NCBI GenBank assembly: GCA_051532035.1
Contig: JAOPTW010000011.1
Span: 1 to 64,000 of the forward strand
Length of the DNA stretch: 64,000 nt
Origin: Fibrobacterales bacterium
GTDB lineage: Bacteria > Fibrobacterota > Fibrobacteria > Fibrobacterales > JAOPTW01
Reading direction: 5' to 3'
This document shows, piece after piece, positions 50,432-59,736 of this stretch. Below the pieces are notes generated by a model that saw nothing but the letters and a program-made list of their open reading frames with translations, ran no database searches and was not told where the DNA came from. Position 1 is the first letter of the stretch. Each line of letters starts with the position of its first letter. The position numbers were made by a program, and so were the translations under genes.

Positions 50432-51990
50432 ACGGTCTCCTTGTGTTCTCGTATTGATTTATATTGAATTTTTCCAATTTCTTTGGGGAGCTCGCGAGTA
50501 ATAATGAACTCATCCGGAATTTTATAACTAGAAAGGTTGCCACTACAGTATCTGCGGAGTTTACCGCCACTTAACACGCACCCCTCTCTTGGTTGTACGT
50601 GGGCTTTTATCATTTCACCCAACAAGTCATGGGGTTCAACGGTTATTGCTACGGCAACAATATCATTGTGGGTTAATAGAAATGCCTCAATATCTTCGGG
50701 GAAGATGAGGTTTGCACCTCTTTTGAGAGCGCGCTTTTTTCGCCCCAAGAATGCGACGCGTCCCGTTTCATCGTACTGACCTAAATCACCGGTTCGAAAC
50801 CAGCGCGTTGAATCATTTTCGTAAAGAGCTCTTTCAGTTTCTGCACTATTATTATGGTAGTTGTGTAAGATACCATCCGTATGAATATGGATCATGCCAA
50901 TTTCGCCATGGGGGACGATATTGTCGTTGTCGTCACAGAGTTTCACTTGAGTAAAAGGGAGTGTTCGATAGATGTTACAATCAACGGCACCATCAACCTC
51001 AGAATCCCATACAAGCATGGTGGCGGTCTCTGTAGAACCTATGATATTAACGACACGAATACCGATGTCATCAACAAATCGTCGGGCGATTTCATTGGGA
51101 AGTACCTCTCCGGCAAAGTAACAAAGGCGGAGACTTGAGATGTCGTAGCTCTCAAAGTTAGGAACGGAAAGGAGGATTTTGGCGAGAGTACTACTCAGTT
51201 GTAGTACGGTTACTCGTTTCTCTTGAATAGTCTTCAGCATGGTGACTGGGTCAAAAGAGCTTAAATAGATTACTGATCCACCCATCAAGCTATTTTGAAG
51301 CCCCATACCAAATCCACCGAGGTGAAAGAGGGGCATCCCCATAAGCATTACATCGGACGAGTTTAAGTCGAGGTAGCGCGCCATGTCTGTTTGAGACTTG
51401 TAAAAGCCCTCTTGAGTAACTGTTATAATTTTGGGATTACTTGTTGATCCAGACGTACTTGCCAGCATCAAGGTATCACTCTGTACATTTTGTGTAGAGG
51501 GCGATAGCGTTGTTTCGACATTCATCATGTCGCTATACCAAAGTACTCTCTTATTCTCAGGAAGCGTACTGTCGGCATCCAAGAACACGAACGTTTTTAT
51601 GTCGGTAACACTTTCAGAAAGGGTAGTGAGGTTTGCAAGGTGATTGATGTTTCTAAACTTCACACATGCAATAACCAACGTAATAGAGAGAGTCTTTAAG
51701 AGTCCTTCGAGTTCCCATTTTCCGATTTGTGGGTTGAGTGGCACGGGAAGTGCATCTAATGTTATAAGAGCCCAATAGGTCGTATACCACTCAATAGCGT
51801 TGGGGAGAATCAGCATAACTTGATCACCTGAGCCAATCCCTTGACGGGACAATGCATCAGCTACTCTCACTATCTCGCAACTCAGTTCTCCACGAGTGTG
51901 AGAACGTCCATCAACAGTAATTGCATCGCCAAAAGGGTTTTCTGTAGTGAGGGAATCTATCCATGTGTGAAAGGAGTTTGGAGTGCTCAC
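50428..51990 (-). CDS. Adenylate-forming enzyme (AMP-binding / acyl ligase) 1
   Basis: STSGSTSNPK, PLFHLGG, IGSTET, WFRTGDLG, GRKKRALKRG, LPKEIGK. GTG start overlaps the upstream stop. Confidence 0.92.
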   Translation of the reverse strand: MSTPNSFHTWIDSLTTENPFGDAITVDGRSHTRGELSCEIVRVADALSRQGIGSGDQVMLILPNAIEWYTTYWALITLDALPVPLNPQIGKWELEGLLKTLSITLVIACVKFRNINHLANLTTLSESVTDIKTFVFLDADSTLPENKRVLWYSDMMNVETTLSPSTQNVQSDTLMLASTSGSTSNPKIITVTQEGFYKSQTDMARYLDLNSSDVMLMGMPLFHLGGFGMGLQNSLMGGSVIYLSSFDPVTMLKTIQEKRVTVLQLSSTLAKILLSVPNFESYDISSLRLCYFAGEVLPNEIARRFVDDIGIRVVNIIGSTETATMLVWDSEVDGAVDCNIYRTLPFTQVKLCDDNDNIVPHGEIGMIHIHTDGILHNYHNNSAETERALYENDSTRWFRTGDLGQYDETGRVAFLGRKKRALKRGANLIFPEDIEAFLLTHNDIVAVAITVEPHDLLGEMIKAHVQPREGCVLSGGKLRRYCSGNLSSYKIPDEFIITRELPKEIGKIQYKSIREHKETV

Positions 51991-53150
51991 TTTGATCGTA
52001 CTCCTTCAGTTACCGCTGATGAAATTGCTTGGGTTGCGATCCAATCGGCAAAGACATGTTTAATCCAATGCAATTGTTCGCCTACAGGCATAGTATGGGT
52101 AACCTGAATACCTTGGTAGTAGACGGGCTCATCTTCGAGAATGAGCAGTTCTTTTGGGCCGGTTGCTTTTTCATGAAGTGCAAGAGCGTCATCAATAACC
52201 ATCCAGTTATCGTGCCTGCCATGAATCAGAAAATAAGGGCAGGCAACCTTTTCTTCACTGCCGAGTCCCATCTCTGCAACAAAAGTCTTTGCATCAACGC
52301 CACCTGTCTGAAAGTTGTAGGCTGGCCCTTGGCGCATCCAGGCCGGAGTGACACTCTCTTTAACTTGATCAATATAGAGGGGGAAGAGGGTTGCACACCA
52401 GGCGAATCGCTCATCACGGCTTGCTGCTTTATACGCATAGCCACCACCCATACAGAGGCCAGACACCCCAATGCGTTCAGAATCAATCACGTCTAGGGCA
52501 CATGCGTAATCCATAGTACTCGTAAACGTCTCTAGGTTCGTTGCCATACGGCACTTGATGTCGCGATCATAAAGCGCTTCTCCACAACCGGGCATGTCAG
52601 GAACGAGTACCGCGATACCTCTTTGTAAGAGTGGCATTGCGAGAATATGCATCTCTTCTTTACAGCTCCCAAGGCCTTCAAAAAGTATCGTACAAGGAAA
52701 AGGCCCTTCACCTTCAGGGAGGTGTAGGTAGGCAGGTACTGCTGCCTCACCAATGGGGATATCAACTTTTTTTGATTCAGTCGTTAAGAAGCTCAGTGCT
52801 TTGTCATAATACCGTGCATACTGTAGGTAGACATTTTTCTTTTCTTCGATCTTAACAAAATTGATAAGGAATACCGCATAGTAGCACTGCGCCGTTTGAA
52901 GATACATGTCATAGGCAGTAATAGTATCACCACGGGTTTCTGCATTTTGCGCTATATTCAGATAGCGTGTAGCTTTTGCCTCCCACAGTGCAAGCCATTT
53001 TTTTTGTAATACATTGGAGTTGATAATGTTGGTATTCTCTACCTCTTTGAGGATAGCCTCTATGTCAAATGGATTGGTACCATAGATTAACATGCGTGTA
53101 ATAACAGGGGCTAAAAAGCTGCGGATACTCCATTCTGTTGGTGCGGTCAT
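51987..53150 (-). CDS. FrsA / 2,6-dihydroxypseudooxynicotine-hydrolase-like alpha/beta hydrolase with Cys nucleophile
   Basis: AYLHLP, GLGSCKEE, DMPGCGE, GLCMGG elbow, HGRHD. ATG 53150 overlaps the upstream TAA. Confidence 0.82.
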   Translation of the reverse strand: MTAPTEWSIRSFLAPVITRMLIYGTNPFDIEAILKEVENTNIINSNVLQKKWLALWEAKATRYLNIAQNAETRGDTITAYDMYLQTAQCYYAVFLINFVKIEEKKNVYLQYARYYDKALSFLTTESKKVDIPIGEAAVPAYLHLPEGEGPFPCTILFEGLGSCKEEMHILAMPLLQRGIAVLVPDMPGCGEALYDRDIKCRMATNLETFTSTMDYACALDVIDSERIGVSGLCMGGGYAYKAASRDERFAWCATLFPLYIDQVKESVTPAWMRQGPAYNFQTGGVDAKTFVAEMGLGSEEKVACPYFLIHGRHDNWMVIDDALALHEKATGPKELLILEDEPVYYQGIQVTHTMPVGEQLHWIKHVFADWIATQAISSAVTEGVRSK

Positions 53151-54247
53151 TAACGTCTCCTTTGAGGAATGGTACAATGCATGAGTGCAAGTAAGGGGGT
53201 GGTGTTGTAGGCAATTGCGGTATAGGTATGGGCATTATGGGTAACACTCGTGTACTCAAGTGTTTCGGGTTCAGGACCTGTCTGGCTTACTGAACAGCCC
53301 TGTATGGTAAAGCCACTGTCTCGGAGACGATCGATCCACTGTTGAGCGGTATTGTGTCCTTCGCGGATATACTCAGTTCTATTACCAATAATGTCGATGA
53401 TCTCAAATACAAAGATCTCTTTGATAGAGAGGCGCACCGATTCTGTAAGGTGTTTAAGGGTGTCGATATACTCAAATATCCCTTTGAAATGAGTATAGCA
53501 GTTCTGAATGCGTTCTGGGTACGGTACTGTAATGTGATCGACATCGGGCTCTGCAATATAGAGTGATGCAGGGTTGAGGACGTTCAAGTTACGGCACATT
53601 TTCTCACGAATACTAGTGTCATTACTACAGTGATGGAGGGACAGTAACCCGGTAATGATCAGTGGTCCTGATACCTGTTGCTGTATCTCTGCCCAGTCTT
53701 TGGTATCCAGCTGATCAACAGATCTATTGAACCCAGTAAAGGAATGGGGAATAGTGTTCGCTTCGCACAGTTCTTCTATAGAGTGTTGGCCTAGATCAAT
53801 GAGCTGCTTGGATGGTTCACAGGCAATTACTGAGATTTTTTGAATGTCTGGATTGTGGGCATATACGGCTGAAATAATTGCACGGAGTAATCCCCCAGAC
53901 TTGAAGCCGGTATCAAAGAGGGTAATCTCTTTCTCGTCTCCATAGAGTGTTACTATTGAGTCTATGAGAGCATGTTTCACCAGTGAAAGAATAGGGAAGT
54001 GCTCTAGAAAGAACGCTACACATTGTGCCGTTGAGTAAGGTGAAAGGTGGAGGTTTTGTTGATCCTCTTTGGTAATGGGCTTATTATAGTGGAGCTTAAA
54101 TGCGTACGAAAAACAGCGGGCAAGAATCGCGTCATTAGAGTTGTGCGATTGGAGGTCCTGGTTTTGTAGGGAGAGGCTCAATGCATCAGTATCAATAGGG
54201 TTCTCTGTTGATGAGAGATTCTCTAAGAGTTGTGCCATTGGGCTCAT
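53150..54247 (-). CDS. Bacterial GRAS-domain protein (Rossmann methyltransferase-like)
   Basis: Collinear with GRAS motifs: LARCFSYAF, FLEHFPIL, ITLFD (VHIID), LSLHH, LNP..LYIAEPDVDH, ERIQNC..HF..IFE.ID, EIIDII, H...QW.DRL..SGF, PLLAL. ATG 54247 overlaps the upstream TGA. Confidence 0.75.
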   Translation of the reverse strand: MSPMAQLLENLSSTENPIDTDALSLSLQNQDLQSHNSNDAILARCFSYAFKLHYNKPITKEDQQNLHLSPYSTAQCVAFFLEHFPILSLVKHALIDSIVTLYGDEKEITLFDTGFKSGGLLRAIISAVYAHNPDIQKISVIACEPSKQLIDLGQHSIEELCEANTIPHSFTGFNRSVDQLDTKDWAEIQQQVSGPLIITGLLSLHHCSNDTSIREKMCRNLNVLNPASLYIAEPDVDHITVPYPERIQNCYTHFKGIFEYIDTLKHLTESVRLSIKEIFVFEIIDIIGNRTEYIREGHNTAQQWIDRLRDSGFTIQGCSVSQTGPEPETLEYTSVTHNAHTYTAIAYNTTPLLALMHCTIPQRRR

Positions 54248-55482
54248 GGTACCGCTCCTCTTGTGCATTGTTTGACAATAAGGGGGATCTGTTTGACAGC
54301 TGCTGATATCGTTTCTTCTGATACACAAGTTGAGAGACGAATAAATCGTTCAAAACGGATGCCACCAAATACTGAACCGGGCATATAGACGAGGGCTGGG
54401 TCACCACTTAAAGCGACTTCTCTAAAGTGCGTTTCACTCTCAACCGTTTCAGGAAGCTCTGCCCATAGGTAGAAGGAACCTTGAGGAGGAAGTACTGTAA
54501 AACCAGCGTCTTGTAAGGTCTGTATAAGAGTATCGGTGTAATCCTGGTAAAAATAACACTCGCTGTTATCCATTAATCCTATTTGTGAAATAACTTTTTG
54601 CTGGAGCACCGAGGGATGTACCACTCTACTTCTTATTCTCAATCGGAGCGCTTCAAGGAGGGTAGTACACTCAAGTTCCCCATCATAATTTGGATTAACG
54701 GCGATATAGCCAATCCGTTCTCCAGGAATTCTCAGTGATTTAGAGAATGAATCAATGCGAATGGTTTCACTCCAGAGAGGCATCATTGAAGGGACTGTTG
54801 TTCCTTGTGGAATTACTCGATCGTAGACTGCATCCTCGAGTATGGCTACCGAGGTCCCTGTTACCATGGCATTACTTTGGAGTAGATCCGCTAACTCACC
54901 CAGTGAAGGCTCAGAGTAAATTGCGCCGGTAGGATTATTGGGGGAATTTAAGAGTATTGCAACACAATGTGGACTCAGTGCATTTCGTATATTGGCAATG
55001 TTTAGTGAGCAATCGTCATGAGCACCCACTCGTACTACACGAGCGCCAGACTGTTCTATGATGGTATCATACTCTACAAAGTGAGGAGTGATTACAATGA
55101 CTTCTGGAATCACATCCTTCTGGAGCGCTCGTTTATTGTCTACAATGGTGCTGATAACAGCATCTAATGCACCGGTTGCACCAACAGTCATAATCACCTG
55201 TTCTTGGGTAAAGGGGATAGTGAACCGTTTGTGTAAATCCTGAGAAATTCTATCGCTGGCATCACCACTTCCAAAGCCTGTTTGATAGAGAAAGCTATTA
55301 TGATCAGTCTCAATCATCTGCTTTGTTGTGGCGAGTAAGGTCTCTCGATAGTATAGTGGTGGCCGCTCTGCGGGGTTTCCGAGAGAGAGGTCGATAACCC
55401 TTCCTGGTGCATTTTTCACCTGAGAAAATAGGTCGTAAATTGTCTGGTTATTATTAACCTGATCAAGTGCGCTTTTTATCAT
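54244..55482 (-). CDS. PLP-dependent aminotransferase class I/II
   Basis: DLSLGNP, LNSPNNPTG, EDAVY, SFSKSLRIPGERIGY (PLP Lys), PQGSFY, FIRLS. Confidence 0.92.
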   Translation of the reverse strand: MIKSALDQVNNNQTIYDLFSQVKNAPGRVIDLSLGNPAERPPLYYRETLLATTKQMIETDHNSFLYQTGFGSGDASDRISQDLHKRFTIPFTQEQVIMTVGATGALDAVISTIVDNKRALQKDVIPEVIVITPHFVEYDTIIEQSGARVVRVGAHDDCSLNIANIRNALSPHCVAILLNSPNNPTGAIYSEPSLGELADLLQSNAMVTGTSVAILEDAVYDRVIPQGTTVPSMMPLWSETIRIDSFSKSLRIPGERIGYIAVNPNYDGELECTTLLEALRLRIRSRVVHPSVLQQKVISQIGLMDNSECYFYQDYTDTLIQTLQDAGFTVLPPQGSFYLWAELPETVESETHFREVALSGDPALVYMPGSVFGGIRFERFIRLSTCVSEETISAAVKQIPLIVKQCTRGAVP

Positions 55483-55505
55483 GTCCCAATTCCTTAAAGC
55501 TGATA

Positions 55506-55513
55506 AAAAGATA
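55506..55513 (-). promoter_or_regulatory. Candidate -7-type promoter element (TATCTTTT) for the 12-gene operon
   Basis: Matches the TAnnTTT(G/T) motif that recurs upstream of many genes in this window; lies 23 nt before the ATG at 55482. Confidence 0.4.
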
Positions 55514-55794
55514 GTACAGGTTTGTAATTTGGGGCTTTTATGTAATGGAAATGCAGTATTGTTTAGGACTTATTTACAGTGCTATCGGAAGTTGTAGTGA
55601 GCTTCTGTATTGGCTCGTACAAGACTTTGGGATAGGTTATTTTGAATAGGGGAGATATGGTTATGTTTACCACATATGTTGCACCCTTTGATAGTGGGGT
55701 GTTTTTTCAGTAAAAAAGAACTAATTACAGAATAGAAGTAACCTTTGGGGGCATCTCTTCGTCTAATAGACACATATTGTTATTGGAACTATCG

Positions 55795-56619
55795 ATGAAA
55801 CTTATTCTTTTGTTACTCAGCTTAACATCTATATTCGCATTTGGAATGTCGGATCGGCCCGAACTTTTTATAGACACCTTTCAAGCAGAAAGAAGTGCTC
55901 CGCCTGCAGTGATCCACTCCATAAGTTTGGACTCTACAGACTCTATAGAGTTAACTGGTGGATATACCTATCGTAGCAAGAGTGATTTTACTCATAATAC
56001 AAACAGTACAGTGAAGGGCGATGATTATGGCGGAGCTGATGTGATGTTAAAACAGAATATTCAGACTGGGTACCTCCGGTTAGGGGGGAGTAAAGTAATA
56101 GGTGATAGAGTGGTGGGGGGGACAGCCCAATTTGGTATTACTGAGTATGGTGAATTTTTAGGACTGAACGGTTCAATACGCTCGACAGGTTCTATTGGGT
56201 TTGTGGGGTTTTTAGGTTTTGGTCTATCTCGATCATCCCTCCAGTATACCGGCAGATGGGTTGAGCATGATAATTCATGGTTTAGTAGTGGCGAGACTAT
56301 CACCCCAATAAATAATGATGTTTCTGATTTACTATCTTACATAGAGTTCGGTGGAGCACTCTTTGTCATACCTTCAGTAGAAAATCCTTTATGGTCTATT
56401 TCGACTGGGGCAGAAATCAAAAGTTTGGACTGGGGGGTGAATAGAGTAAGTAATTATAGTTTGGCATCGGTTACACTTCAAACTCGGTTTGAAATGTACG
56501 AATCTCTTTTAGTTTCATTGCATATTGATTACTCTAAAATTTATTTTGACTTAGGAATCAATAACACATACTTCACTACAGGTATAGCTCTTACAAAACA
56601 GATTTCTTGGGATCGTTAA
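55795..56619 (+). CDS. Hypothetical secreted / outer-membrane beta-barrel-like protein
   Basis: Signal peptide MKLILLLLSLTSIFAFG and Gly/aromatic beta-strand pattern. Confidence 0.6.
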   Translation: MKLILLLLSLTSIFAFGMSDRPELFIDTFQAERSAPPAVIHSISLDSTDSIELTGGYTYRSKSDFTHNTNSTVKGDDYGGADVMLKQNIQTGYLRLGGSKVIGDRVVGGTAQFGITEYGEFLGLNGSIRSTGSIGFVGFLGFGLSRSSLQYTGRWVEHDNSWFSSGETITPINNDVSDLLSYIEFGGALFVIPSVENPLWSISTGAEIKSLDWGVNRVSNYSLASVTLQTRFEMYESLLVSLHIDYSKIYFDLGINNTYFTTGIALTKQISWDR

Positions 56620-56972
56620 GAAAGAGAGCCTTTATACTTTCAACAGTGTTTGCTACAGGTATTCTTTTTGTCATGGTTCTCATGGGGGGTATTACCGCGC
56701 TGCTTGGACGGATGCTCGGCGATATTGGTCCCTGGTCTAATTGGCTGGGGGCACTACTCTTTACCGTGGTAGGGTTGCTTCTTATGGATGTTGTACATAT
56801 CCCTGTTTTTGTGATAAAGAATCATGAGCGATATTACGATGGCGGATATAAAGCGGCGCTTGTTCTCGGTGATTTTGTCCAACAGGGTAGAAAGGCACAG
56901 CTACTTAAGTGGCTTTGAAAGGGGCTTGGGGTGGTATGTATGGTGACGGCAGTTTGGTTTTTGGTTTATTGA
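56607..56972 (+). pseudogene. Remnant of a CcdA/DsbD-like membrane protein gene
   Basis: RAFILSTVFATGIL...ITALLGRMLGD resembles the CcdA middle region. There is no N-terminal Cys helix, an apparent internal deletion, and an in-frame TGA at 56916-56918 followed by a hydrophobic tail KGLGVVCMVTAVWFLVY*. Confidence 0.5.
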
Positions 56973-57222
56973 GTAAATAGTACTCAGTTGCTTCCGGTAA
57001 AGAGTCTTTTGTGCACTCAATTTCAAGGTTTTTATTTTTATGTGCACTAAATTGGCTTAATAGTTAAAAGCGAAGAAGGCCAATTAATGAGACCAATTGT
57101 GTATCATAGTCATTTTCCTATGTTTTCATTTTAATGAGTTAAGGAACAGGCATCAGTATCCATTTTTTTGAGATATATCTATAAATAATATACTGATGTA
57201 GGGAATAAAAATAGAAGGACAT

Positions 57223-59706
57223 ATGAAGCTTTTAATTACAGCAGTGATAACATTCGCATTATTATGCGCACAATCGTGTATCAATGAACCGTCAAAAAAG
57301 GGGAACGACGATACCGCAGCAGATGATGAGTTTGTCGTATTAACGTTAAATATTTATCTGTCTAATGTAGAAGTGGATGAAATTGTTGTGGGGCTTCTTA
57401 ATGACGGCACTTCTTTTGAATCAACAAGCGAGGTTATTGCAGAGGGAAGTGAAGCGGCGAAACTTACTTTTACGGTTCCTATGGGTGAGGCCATCACCAT
57501 AAACTATACGTGTTTTTATAAAAATGACCTTGTAGCGCGTAATAGTAAAACAGTCACCTTACAGAGTGATAGTATTATAGAATCTATTCCTGATGTGAAG
57601 GCCCTGATTTTTTTCACGGGTAATGATACCACTATCTTTATTAATGAACAGTATACAGTCGATGTGTTATGGGAAGATGATTCAGATAGTTATGAGTTAC
57701 GCTATCAGTTTGGCGGTGAGCAAAGCTTTGTCTCTACTTCCCAGTATCGGTTTGATGAGCTTGGGAGTTACTTAGTAGTGACTCAGGCACTTGATGGTGT
57801 CAATGAGCTGTTTGACACCGTTTCTGTAACGGTTATTGACTATTCAGATGCATTACCTAATGAAAGTTCGAATGATGGTATAGAACTCTCAACTGATTCA
57901 GAGAGTTCTACTGATATGCTATCCTCTTCTGTTGTAGAATCGAGTACCGTGTCGAGTTCACTCTCTTCTGATGAGAGGTCGAGTTCTAGTCACGTAAGTT
58001 CATCGTCAGGGATTTCTTCTTCGAGTCAGATATCTTCGTCCATGATTGGGATCTCTTCATTAACAATTGATTTTTCATCATCGTCAATAATACACCATTC
58101 TATTATAATCGCTACCGAAGATAGTGATAAGCTCTCAGTTGATATTAGTGAATATAGCGTGCCTCATGGGGAACTAACTATGGTTCCTGTGACTGTTACG
58201 GGCGTTAATGGTGGTACCCTTGATGAATGGAGTGTGGAAGGTGATTGTGAAGTAAGTGGTGGTACGAGTCTTGAAGTGACTTGTACCGGGGCAGGGACTG
58301 TTACTGCGCTGTATACGCGGAAGTTAGTGAGTAGTATTACTATTTCGGGAAGTGATGAAATTTCAATTTTTACTATTGGAACTGAGTATCAATTATCGCA
58401 TGCCGTAATACCTTTTGATGCTGATGATGGGAGTGTCGTATGGAAAACTGCTAATAGTGCTGTAGCGACGGTTACTCAAAGTGGGCTCTTGACAACAACT
58501 GGAGTGGGGAGTGTAAATATAACTGTTGAGGCACAGGATAAGAGTGGGGTATCTGAAACAGTTACGGTACACGTGTTGCAGAATACCGTAATCCACAAAA
58601 GTGAGGGAGCCTTGAAACATAAGATTACCGCTTTATCAGGGGGTGGATTTGTCATTGCCAATGAACAATACACTAATGCGGGTTCGAGTAATTATTGGGC
58701 TGAATTTTCAATATATTCGCCAGAAGGTAACGTGGTTGCCACGCCAATAGAGTTTCGAGATAAGGATATTGTAGATTTCACTATTACAGATCTAGGGAAT
58801 GATCGATTTGTTGTTATCTCAAATGAGTATTATACACCGGAGGGAGAAACCCGTACAATTTATAAGGCGTATTTTTCAATATATACAACACAAGGGGTAG
58901 CTATCGTAAATAAGAGAGAAATAATAGCAGAAGCGAGTGATGTCGGAATACAAGAAATGAGAGTACTTCCCTTGACCTCTGGTGAATATTTACTGCTCTA
59001 CAGAGGCGGTATTGGGTTACCATATGATACCGCTTATCTTGGTATGTTACGATTTGATAGTGATGGAAATACAATTGGCAGTGAAACGGTTATGTCTCCG
59101 TATTATGGATATAATGATTATGATGTAGCTGTACTTACTAACGGAAATATCCTGATAATGTTTGCTCATAGTCATTCTGCAAGTAACCCAAGGCAGCAAG
59201 ATGCTTATTTTGTTGTAGTATCGCCCGATGGTTCAGTGGTTGTTCCTGAAACGTTGATACATGAAGCCGTTTATAGGGGGGCAGTAGCAGCATTGAGTAA
59301 TGGTACTTTTGTACTTTCGTATATTGACAAAACGCAAGGTGAGAAAGGGTATTTGAATTTTTATACTAATGATGGGGGATCGGTGGAATCGGGAGTTGAA
59401 TTTAATAGAAGCTCTGATGGCACATCGTATCATGATCTTGTCGATTTGGGAGATGGGTACTGCATGGTTGCTTATTCAACGGGGTATAATAATTCTGATG
59501 GCGGGTATAAAGGCTCCTTTACTAAGTTTGCTTACGATGGTTCAATACGTTCGTTTGGAAAGTATGGTACGTGGGTATCCTATACTGATTTAAAATCCTA
59601 TGATAATTCCATTATTGTACTGAGTAGCGGAGTAGTGGTTATCTCATATGGGAGAGATGGTGGTCTATTTTTTTCCATCAACAATATTGAACACTACGCA
59701 GATTAA
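57223..59706 (+). CDS. Lipoprotein with Ser-rich linker, Big_2 Ig-like domain and C-terminal beta-propeller-like repeats
   Basis: Lipobox AQSC; VVWKTANSAVATV..G Big_2 motif; repeated 'xALSxGxFVI' blades. Confidence 0.72.
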   Translation: MKLLITAVITFALLCAQSCINEPSKKGNDDTAADDEFVVLTLNIYLSNVEVDEIVVGLLNDGTSFESTSEVIAEGSEAAKLTFTVPMGEAITINYTCFYKNDLVARNSKTVTLQSDSIIESIPDVKALIFFTGNDTTIFINEQYTVDVLWEDDSDSYELRYQFGGEQSFVSTSQYRFDELGSYLVVTQALDGVNELFDTVSVTVIDYSDALPNESSNDGIELSTDSESSTDMLSSSVVESSTVSSSLSSDERSSSSHVSSSSGISSSSQISSSMIGISSLTIDFSSSSIIHHSIIIATEDSDKLSVDISEYSVPHGELTMVPVTVTGVNGGTLDEWSVEGDCEVSGGTSLEVTCTGAGTVTALYTRKLVSSITISGSDEISIFTIGTEYQLSHAVIPFDADDGSVVWKTANSAVATVTQSGLLTTTGVGSVNITVEAQDKSGVSETVTVHVLQNTVIHKSEGALKHKITALSGGGFVIANEQYTNAGSSNYWAEFSIYSPEGNVVATPIEFRDKDIVDFTITDLGNDRFVVISNEYYTPEGETRTIYKAYFSIYTTQGVAIVNKREIIAEASDVGIQEMRVLPLTSGEYLLLYRGGIGLPYDTAYLGMLRFDSDGNTIGSETVMSPYYGYNDYDVAVLTNGNILIMFAHSHSASNPRQQDAYFVVVSPDGSVVVPETLIHEAVYRGAVAALSNGTFVLSYIDKTQGEKGYLNFYTNDGGSVESGVEFNRSSDGTSYHDLVDLGDGYCMVAYSTGYNNSDGGYKGSFTKFAYDGSIRSFGKYGTWVSYTDLKSYDNSIIVLSSGVVVISYGRDGGLFFSINNIEHYAD

Positions 59707-59736
59707 ATACCTGTGTGTAATATGTGGATCCGTATA

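Noticed and set aside
42524..54932. Numerous 60-155 aa ORFs antisense to or nested in the operon genes
   Set aside because: Shadow ORFs of well-supported genes, with no RBS or motifs.
56916..56918. In-frame TGA as selenocysteine or recoding
   Set aside because: It is not at a Cys-type position, no SECIS-like hairpin is evident, and neighbouring genes use TGA as stop. Pseudogenisation is simpler.
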